This document shows positions 54,272-64,000 of a stretch of DNA of 64,000 bases, one piece after another. A program made the position numbers and the translations under genes. The notes beneath the pieces are model-generated. The model did not search any database. It had not been told where the DNA came from and saw nothing but the letters and a program-made list of their open reading frames with translations. The stretch's first letter is position 1. Each line of letters begins with the position of its first letter. The DNA comes from Eledone cirrhosa (taxonomy: Eukaryota): contig OZ024740.1 of the NCBI GenBank assembly GCA_964016885.1, positions 67,456,001 through 67,520,000 of the forward strand. The letters run 5' to 3'.

Positions 54272-54680
54272 TTTCCCTATTTTTCCACGTTTAGTTTTTT
54301 GCATGTTTCTTTCACCTGTGTCTTCTCCCGATGGGATCTGCACACTTTTTTCTTCTATTCCTTTCCTATTATTCCCCTCTTCCTCTCTGCTCATCTTTTT
54401 ACCCCCTGTTCTTCCTCTTTTCCCTCTCTTTCCTTTTCTCTCTCCCTTTTTTTCTCTCTTTCTCTCTTCTTTTCCACCTGGCCTTTTGATTAATAAAAGG
54501 CCTCGGACGCACCCTAACTACACCGATGTCCTCTAATTCAGCACCGAAACATCGGTTCGGGATACATTTACAGCTGACGATGGAAACTCCTTTCTTCATT
54601 TCTCCTCCTGTTCCGTCCTAACCACCATCCTAAACATTGTTTTTAGTAACCACACAGCTCCTTTCGTTTCATAACTTTTT

Positions 54681-54735
<55 letters not shown>

Positions 54736-56063
54736 TATAATGTATACAATGCAAATATGACTTAAGTGGTTCATGGATGCACCATATAAGGTCATAAAAT
54801 GGAACAAATGCCGTTTCCAATTTGTCCTGCATTATCATGAATTATACCAATCAGCCATTTGTTATGTTACTTCTACCTATTTAATTGAAGTTAAAAATTT
54901 GATTGGCAACATCAACCACCCGATCATGTTTCCGTTATTGTTAAATCTTAGCTCAATCCTATTCTTGCAGGCGTATCATCGAAAGATTTCAAGCTGAAAC
55001 AACCCATTTATTTCCTGTGCACAAGAAACACAGAAGCTTAATTTGAAGCAGGTTAAACGATTCCATATAATCCCGATCAATGACTGACTTTCTTTAATTC
55101 AATATTGTGTAGTTTGAAAGATATTTAGCTAGTGTTTCTCATAGATTGGGTGATCAGATTGAGTCAGATTTCAGGGATACCTTCATCCATAAGAAATATG
55201 CGAGGCCCTGAAAAGATTCACGAGAAATTATCTTTCTTCCTTGATTAAACAATGAAACATTTTTATCTTGAACTGGAGAAGAGAATTATTTAAATTGCTT
55301 AATGTACAGAGATGATTGATAGAGATTCATAAAATAATTACGAAACTTTAAATAAAATATATTCAGGGGATGATACAATGAACTAAACCACGTTACACAA
55401 GTGTTGTAGCATGGGCGCATGCCTTTTATGCTAGTTAATAGACTAAAAGCATGTAAGGATCTCAAAATAAAAGTATAAAATAACGCTCCATATATTTCAG
55501 TTGATTCATAATTATTCTCACACCCAACATCTATTCTATTTAAGGCATATTTTTTAGGCTTTTGAAACAAAAAAAGGAAAAAAGAATTGAAAGAAGAACA
55601 ACGACTTATTGTAGATAAATTATTGTACCGTTTATAGTACAGTTGCACCATCGTGGTGTTCGCCCCTGTCACTGTACCTACATACATCTGGAAATCATGA
55701 ATTTTAGAATAGGTTCTTTACTCTATATGTAAATATATTTCTTTAACTTAAAAGACTCCATGCAGAGACGTCTATCTGAAACGATAAAATATATAGACGC
55801 ACACAACCTGAATGATATGAAGTAGGATGAAGGTCTCTGTATTCTGTGACCAACCCTCCCTGCCGAATCGTCGACATCGTCTAAAAGTTATAACTTAGTC
55901 AATTTTCATTACTTTCTGGCATACTCTAGAAAACCTTAACAATTTTCAACATTCAAAAAGAAAAACTCAATGATAAAGTGTTCACATAAAACATGTAATT
56001 TGGCAGCTTTGCATGTGTGTGTTTGTATGGATTTATATACATATTTCTGTGTGTGTGTGTATA

Positions 56064-56181
<118 letters not shown>

Positions 56182-56437
56182 TACACACACACACATATCA
56201 GTATACATACAAACGCGCGCGCACACACACACACGCATATATTATAGCGGCAGAACACTGATGGCTTATATCCGCAGTAGTAGAACACTTAGCCCATGGG
56301 ACGAGTTTGGTAGCAGTTTCACAACAGTTAGTACACCATTTCCGATCGGAAATGGTGAACTAACTCTTGTGGAACTACATATATACATTCCTACTTGCAC
56401 GTACACACACATATGATTATATATATATATATATATT

Positions 56438-59400
56438 AGTTTTGCGAGTTTTTTTATATGAAATAGTGTGTCGAAACAAATATTGTTATACTTGGGGAGG
56501 GTCATATTTGTGTAATAATATTGCCAGAATTAATAACAGACACACTCACTGTTTGGTTGGTTTTCGCTACTGTGTCTTTTATATCGGTAATTTAATTTAT
56601 TCGGTCCTCAATGTTACCATTGACTGACTAAGTGTCAAAAATACAGATACAATATAGACACAAACATATATATATAGTCTAACATAGTTCTTTCGTTGCA
56701 CATCTGCAACATCGTTAGTGGTGCTATTATGTTTCCTCCCGTTGCATTGTATGCCTACGCCATCCTTATTTTTTCTGTTTATTTATTTATTTGTTTTTTT
56801 TCTTTTTGTCTTCTCTGTGGATGCTGTCAACCCAGCTGACAAAATAAAATATATAAGATGGGTAATATCTATCCTACGAGGTTACCCTTTAATAAAGGGG
56901 TTTGCATACCACAACAAATAGATGACGAGACAGAGGCACAGTTCACCATAGCTAGAAATAAGATTAGACAAATAGTAGACCGGTATACCAAGAAACAGAG
57001 CAGACCAAATGTCCAACAACTTGGGAGGAAACCTGTAGAAGGCTTGGTTAGCCTCAAGCAGCGCACAAGGCATGGTGAGGTCGTATGTCTACTCACGTTT
57101 AAGTCTGATAGGATATCAATAGACACCATACCGAACTACATTAAGGCTATGTAACCCCACATCACCAACACGAGCGGAATTGCACAGCAAATACATGATG
57201 GGAGAGAGAAAATCCTCAACGCTCACTTGATGATTAGGACCGACATCTTAAAGCCAACCAGACGCACTGCCAACAACTTCCAGGCGTCTAACAATGGCAT
57301 ACCACCTTTGTATGGGCTCCGCAAAGACCACAAGACAGTCGACGATCCGACAACAGGACAACCAACAAGACCTGTATGCGGAGCAAATATAGCTAGCAAC
57401 TACAGGATCTCCTACTTCCTCTCAATGGTTATACGCCCCATAATTAAGATGTCCCCAGATGCATGTGATTGTACAGAACACCTCCTCAGCAGAATCAGTG
57501 AGTGCAACAAAAACAGGAACCTTTCCAACTGCATAATAGGCAGTATGGATGTGGTATCACTGAACCCATCCATTAACATTGATTTTGCTGTGGAAAAATG
57601 CGTGGAGATGATCATTGAGAGTGAGGTGGAGTTCTGCGACGTCGACACAGATGAACTGGGCCTCCTACTTCGACTTACCTACGACACTGACTACCTAGAC
57701 AGCCATGACCTTAGACGTTTCTGCTTCAGTAGATCCATAAGGGGTAGACCCCCCACCATAACCTCAATGGCAAAAAGACTCACATGGGAAGGTATATTGG
57801 GTGGACCAAAGCAATACGGAGCCCCCAAAACAATAATCAGGTAAGAAAAATGGTCGCACATGCAATATAGGCTAGTATCAAAACCACCCAAAAGGGCCAC
57901 ATTTTCAAATTCAACGAGAAGAGCTAGATCCAAAATGAGGGAGCAGCCATTGGCGTCAGCATAGCTGGTGACGTTGCCAACCTTTTTATGGTATGGTGGG
58001 AAAGGAGACTCAAAGATCTCCTTGATGAGAGGAGCTCCATAGACCTCAATATGTACTCTCATTGCGTAGACGACATCAATATAGTAATAAGGACATCCCA
58101 CAAGAGTGCATTAACAAGTTTGATTTAGAACGTAGCACAATGGAAAGCATCCAGCAGATAGCTAATTCCATACACAAGAGTATAACTGTTACTATCGACT
58201 ACCCTTCCAAACACCTTAACAATAGACTACCTGTATTAGACACGGAACTCTGGATTAACACTATAGACGAGAGAGCCCAAATTCTCCACTCACACTATGC
58301 TAAACTCATGGCCTCCAAATACGTGATACTCAAAATCTCAGCAATGTCCAGTAGTGCTAAGTTTAATATTCTGATCGCAGATTTGGTACGAGTGATGAAG
58401 AACGTGTCCCGCATGTACGACCCAACAGAAATGGAAAGACACATCCAACACTTCATCAACCGCGTGCAGTTCTCTGGCTACAACCAAAGAGACAGAATCA
58501 GAGTATACGAAGGAGCCACGGAAAAGTATAAGACCCTCATAGAACTGGACATGAAATGAATTTGCCCATTATACAGGAGCAAATCATGGAATAGCTTAGA
58601 TAGGACTAGACATAAGATAGGGAAAGCCACCTCATGGTACGACAAACAGAGATACAAGAGTGTCATGTTTGTGGACGCTACCCCTGGAGGGAAATTAGCT
58701 AACCAGTGTAGAAAGGCCCTGAGAAAGACCCACTTAAAGATTAAGGTGGTAGAAAAGCCAGGAACCACCATAAAATCCCTGATCAGCAAAACCTACCCTT
58801 TTAAGAAAACCGACGGTACTAATAGGAATGTATCATATGTAAAGTAAACCCCCGGATAAACTGTAAAACTAGAAACGTAGTCTATAGCATAAGATGTACA
58901 CAGGGTACTTGCAGAAATATGACAACAACATACATAGGCGAGACAGCTCGTAGCATAAGTGAAAGGATTGTCCAACACTGGGGGGAACTAAAAGGACGAA
59001 AACATGGTTCAGTACTATACGAGCATGCCAGACAACAACACGACGGTAACATAGACAACATAGAAATTAGAATAATATCTAAACATAGAAATGACCCAGC
59101 TGATAGGCAAATCAGAGAGGCCAGCGAAATAGAACTTAGAAGGCCAAGGCTAAACAGAAAAAAATGAATGGAATAACAACACCCAAACAAACAACACTGA
59201 CCTAAGAGAAGTAAAATAAATAAATTAATTAATAACTACATACACAAGCACAATAGCAACAGATACATATAAACACACACTAGAAAACTAAGATAGAATA
59301 CAATAACCAATACAAAGTCACCCAAACACGAACACATATCAAACAAAACACTATACACACACGCAAATGCATGCGCAGAGAAGACAAAATAAATAAATAA

Positions 59401-59718
59401 ACAAATAAATAAATAAATAAACAGACTAAATAAAGATGGCGTAGGTATACAATGCAACGGGAGGAAACATAATAGCACCACTGACGATGTTGCAGATGTG
59501 AAACGAAAGAACTTTGTTAGACTATATATATGTGTTTGTGTCTATATTGCATCTGTATTTTTGACCGTTGGTCAGTCAATGGTAACATTGAGGACCGAAT
59601 AAATTAAATTAACCGATATAAAAGACACAGAAACGAAAACCAACCAAACAGTGAGTATGTTCTGTTATTAATTCTGGCAATATTATTACACAAATATGAC
59701 CCTCCCCAAGTATAACAA
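56438..59718 (+). mobile_element. Penelope-like element copy 2 (same family as 7461-10892) with ~0.38 kb inverted terminal segment
   Basis: ORF pieces 57227-57844 ('PPLYGLRKDHK..RPVCGA..SMDVVSL'), 58062-58559 and 58919-59167 ('YIGETARS'); ~56480-56812 is the reverse complement of ~59375-59718; hammerhead-like CTGACGA at 59481. Confidence 0.92.
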
Positions 59719-59731
59719 TATATATATATTA

Positions 59732-62034
59732 TGCTCCCTCTAATATCCTCCTCAGCATCAGGATGTGACTGGTGGTTGACCTTCCATCTCTGAAGCGGTA
59801 CTGGCTGTCCCTCAGCTACTTCTCCATCTCGGGTTGGATACAGTTAAGAATCATCCTGTTGGGGTTCTTTGCCACAAGTGACGTCAGTGAGATCCCTCTG
59901 TAGTTGTTTGTGTTAGAGAGAACTCCCTTTTTAGAACTGGCTCGAAGTTACTGATCCTCCACTGATTCGGGGCAACCCCTTTCTGCAGTGCCTGGTTACA
60001 GAACCCCAGGATGATATAATCAAAATTACACCTCATCGTCACCTCTGATGTCACTCAATCTTCACCACGAGCCTTGCCCTCCTTGACTTTCTTTTTGGTT
60101 CTCTGAATCTCCTCCCTGGTGAAGGGTCATGTCTCAATATCCTCAAACAGCCGCCTGATCTCTCCAGTGTTCTGGGCTGTGGAGGGCGGCTCCCCTAGTA
60201 GGGTCCTGAAATGGTCCAGCCATTTCCTCTTCCGATCCTCGGGCCCTATTCCTTGGATCTGACTCGAACCCCTTCTCTTCCTCCCTGTGATATCATTGAT
60301 GATCATCCAGCTCTCTTTACACCCAGACCTGTCAACTGCTCTCTCCACGCTTCTGATCTTCTCTATCACTGCCTCCTCTCTGGCCTCAGTGTAAGCGGTA
60401 CAGAGTTCTTGCCTTCTCACCTCTATATTCTCATTCCCCTTCTCCTTAGGATCAGCATAGAATAGGTCCTTGACAGCTTTCAGGCGTTCTCTGGCTTCAC
60501 ACACTGTTGGGTCTGCAGAGCTGTCGTGCTTCTTTTTCTTCTCTCTCCTCGGCACCAGGGCCTCACTTGCTTCCGCCACTACATTGGTGAAGTGCCCGTA
60601 CCTCCTCATCACACTCACTTCAATCCCTCCAATCTATCTCTCCCTTGCCTTTCGACACAGATCACTGAACCTGTTCCTCACTTCTACTGTGAACCTCTCC
60701 TGTAGCTTATCATCTTCCTTGAGAGCTCCCTAGTCAGAGATTGCTCTCCGGGGCTGAGGCTTACTCTTTCTTAAGCTCACCCGGACCTCACTCATAACAA
60801 GCTGGTGGGTGGTCACTGCCCAGTGTACTTAAATAGTTGTATGGACACTTTTTCCTCACCAGAATGAAATCAATCTGGTACTTGGACAGGTTCATATCAG
60901 AGATGTAGGTCAACATCTTCCCCGGATTCTTCGTAAACCTTAGGTTGGTTGCCATCAAGTTCGCCTCCAGTCGGGTGTCTCTCAGTAGTCTTCCATTTTG
61001 GTTAGTGTTGTTATGGAAGTACCAGCAAGGATCTTCACTGCTCTCCTTAATCAGATGTGCACTGATGTCCCCCAGAATAAGCAGGATGTTGTGAGATTGT
61101 GTGGTGTTGACAGTTCTACACACCTCCTCATGGAACTCCCTCGCACTCACATCACTGTCTCCCTCGATTGGACTATAGGCTGAGATGACTGTCAGTCTTG
61201 GGTTTCCATTGAATGTCAGCCTCAACACTCGCGGGGAGACATGTATGATTTCCTTCACCAATAGACTGGTTTTTGCACTGGAAACAAAACCCACTCCTCC
61301 TACTGCATATTCGTCGTGTTCCTCACTGCTGATGTGGTGATGATCCTCTTTCCAATGATCACACTCATCACGGGCTCATCATTTAGGGTCCTGTGTTTTG
61401 GGATCGCAAGTATCTGTATACCACTCTCCTTGAACAGATGACCCACGTCCTCTCTCTTCTCTAGCGCCCTAACAGTCCACACATTCAGAATGCCGATTTT
61501 TTTGTGCAGGACAAAACTGGATTCATCATATTTGACTCAGAGACAGCTGATCCACTGGCCCTCCCTGTGGCTCTAAGCCAGCAAAGTCATAACGACCAGA
61601 GTACTCCTTGATAGTATTGTTAGGGGCTCTACCCTAGTGCTGTTAACTCTCCATGGCTCTTTTCAGTGGCTGATAATAACTTACCGGCGCCACTCGAATA
61701 AGGTAATTATTTAACCCATAAATAGGAGCCTAGCTGGTATTACAACACCGGGCCAGAGCAGACCTGGGAGTGATAACAACTAAGGGGTCACTCCACATTC
61801 CTCACAGCTCCGGAACTCCCGAACTGGAGCCTTTCCACTGGACGTAGTTTAATGTCATACCCTGGACATTGTAATTATTTAAACCTTAAATGGGGCCCTA
61901 AGATGTACTAACTCCGGGCCAGAGAAGACCTGAGAGTTATAACAACTAAGAGGTAATTCCACATTCCCCCACAGTTCCAGAACTCCCGAACTGGAGCCTT
62001 GCCACTGGATATAGTTTAATGTCATACTCAGGAA
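59732..62034 (-). mobile_element. Inverted 5' half of an RTE-clade LINE (putative 5' repeats, APE endonuclease, start of RT)
   Basis: 'RLTVISAYSP..LLILGD..NGRLL..YQIDFILV..GSDH' (60788-61294); minus-strand RT start ends 'RFRDGRSTTSHILMLRRILEGA'. Confidence 0.85.
61703..62034 (-). repeat. Two tandem ~168-bp units upstream of the RTE ORF (putative 5' UTR repeats)
   Basis: 61703-61870 is similar to 61871-62034. Confidence 0.8.
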
Positions 62035-63609
62035 CTAGAGCAATGTGCCTTCCTGCTGTCCTGGTTTTCATTGACTTTAGGAAGGCCTTTGATTCTGTGG
62101 ACCGTCATTGCCTGATGAAAATCTTACAGGCTTATGGAGACCCCAAGAGGATAGGACCTGATATCACTGCTCTACACCAACACCAAAGTCCAGGTCATTA
62201 TACCTAACTAGCAGAAAAACCACCCTTCGGGTGGTTTTCTATTGGCATGTGTAGTGTGTATATTGATATTATAGGCAGGTATATATCATGTAGATATGAT
62301 ACATCAAATAAAATCGTAATTGAGAATATAAATACATAGAAATTGAACGAAGACTGCATTACACTGTCTTATGTAATCAGTAACGTAATCCATGATACAT
62401 TAAAAAAGACGATATTATATATAAACTGCATTAGGAGAGAATTAGTGACGGAAAAGGATTATGTTTATTTCAGCGATCGCCATCGAAAGTGTTGACATTT
62501 TAGAAATTTTAAAGAAGTGAATCTTTAAATAAACAAAATATATTTAATGAACAGCCACGAAATTTAGTAGATAAATTATGTAATATTCATTCATTATTTA
62601 TTCAAAGTAATCCAACTTATTTTACACACGGGATAAATAAAAAATAAACCGTACGCAATCCCGCAGACCTTCCTTTATTATAGTTTAGATGGGATGGTGG
62701 TGTTCTTTGAGATAATGGCTGGAGTGCTCCAAAGAGATACATTGGCTCCCTACCTTTTTATCATCGCTGTGGACTATTGTATGCGCCTTGCGCTAGATAA
62801 ACACCAGGACTCTGGCTTTACTGCTCAGAGCAGGAGAGTTAAGGTGAAAAAGATATCAGATGCTAAATTTGCCGACGACATAGTTCTGGTGACAAACACA
62901 GAGAAGGAGGCAGAGGAGCTGATGTAGGAGTTGGAGACTGTGTCGATGAGTGTGGGTCTGAAAATGAATGAGAGTAAGACGAAGTATCTCGTAGAGAATA
63001 TTAAGAACCAGAGAAGAACATAGGCAGGAAGCCGCTTGAATTGGGTGAGGAATTCCTGTATCTGGGAGCAAAGATTGGGAATACAGAAGATTATGTGGTT
63101 GAGAGGAAGAGCAAAGCCTGGGTGGCGTGCGACAGTTTGAGATCGATGTAGAAATCGGACCTTCGTTAAGACCTGAAGATCCGTCTTTTCTTTGCTGCAG
63201 TGGAGTCTGTGCTGCTGTACGGGTCTGGGACTTGGACACTGACCAAGGAAATCACTCAGATGGTGGATGGGTGCTACACCAGAATGCTGAGGATGACTCT
63301 GAACATTAATCAGTATACACTGAAGATGAAGAACTCAGAGCTGTATGGGAGCCTCCCAAAAGTCAGATCGAATGTAGCACAGAGGAGATTGTGGTTAGCC
63401 GGACATGCTCACCGACACCCAGAGTTGACACTGCACTCAGTGCTCCTGTGGGAGCCCCTGCACGAACACACTAGAAGAGGGAGACCGAGGTTGACATATG
63501 TTGATGCCCTAAGGACAGACACTGCTCTGTTGGAGACGCAGGACATGGCAACGATGATGAGAGACATAGAGTGCTGGAGAGAACTCGTCCATGTGATTGT
63601 TTGATGTAA

Positions 63610-63610
<1 letters not shown>
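62035..63610 (+). mobile_element. 3' half of the RTE-clade LINE (RT core to C-terminus), interrupted by a Helitron
   Basis: 'AVLVFIDFRKAFDSVD', 'GVLQRDTLAPYLF', 'FADDIVL', 'ESVLLYGSGTWTLT..WLAGHAHR..RRGRPRLTYVD..WRELV'; ends in (TA)n. Confidence 0.9.
62208..62689 (-). mobile_element. Non-autonomous Helitron, 482 bp
   Basis: Minus strand begins TC(TAAACTATAATAAA) and ends with hairpin AAAACCACCC-gaa-GGGTGGTTTT then CTAG; inserted between A and T without TSD; removing it restores the RT frame (..VIIPNGMVVFFEI..). Confidence 0.9.
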
Positions 63611-63649
<39 letters not shown>

Positions 63650-64000
63650 CAAGTAAACATCGATTGACATATATATATAAAATAAAATGAAATTAATACA
63701 TCAAAACATCACAGGGATAATTTGTAACGAGTGTTAGGTAACAAATTAAAATTTAACGAGAACTTCAAATTTGATTAATCTCCTTTGTATATATTTCATT
63801 AAATAAAGAAATATAATTCACCAAGTGTGTAAACACAGATAGTAAATTCTTCTCCTTTAATAGGGTTAGGATTAGGCCAGTGTTGGCCCCGGTCATGTCT
63901 AACGTAAATATACTACCTAAAAATTATTTCAGATTATGGGTTCAAGAACTAGTTATATTTTGGACACCGTGGCCCACTTTTAAAGCGAAGTTTCTTTGCG

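Noticed and set aside
55627-55700. Possible small minus-strand exon (ttccag|ATGTATGTAGGT...AAACG|gtac)
   Set aside because: Weak donor, no recognisable protein similarity, no partner exons identified.
63861-63876. Telomere-like 'tagggttaggattagg'
   Set aside because: Only 2-3 imperfect units, as expected by chance.

Overview
AT-rich, microsatellite-dense animal DNA with no confidently identifiable host gene. The tRNA-headed SINE and repeat style resemble cephalopod (Octopus-like) genomes; this assignment is inference. Almost all interpretable sequence is retroelement-derived and sorts by microsatellite type. (1) About 21.9-43.3 kb is a head-to-tail, same-strand array of five L1/Tx1-clade LINEs of several subfamilies, joined by (AAT)n tracts and interleaved with a SINE whose last ~30 nt match the LINE 3' end. 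Two are near full length, one is 5'-truncated and two are internally deleted; a sixth decayed copy lies on the + strand. These LINEs share a GTAAGT motif 39-40 nt upstream of the ORF2 ATG and conserved UTR hairpins. (2) (TA)n tracts host Penelope-like elements: three long RT/GIY-YIG copies and many short, often palindromic end remnants. At least a dozen hammerhead-ribozyme-like motifs lie in these, some with variant cores (UUGAAAA, UUGAUAG), and one sits in a retrozyme-like 317-bp direct-repeat unit. (3) An RTE-clade LINE has an inverted 5' half (twin-priming geometry) and is interrupted by a 482-bp non-autonomous Helitron. There are also a mariner relic and an RTE RT fragment. All coding remnants carry stops or frameshifts. 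Everything was read by eye, so boundaries are approximate.
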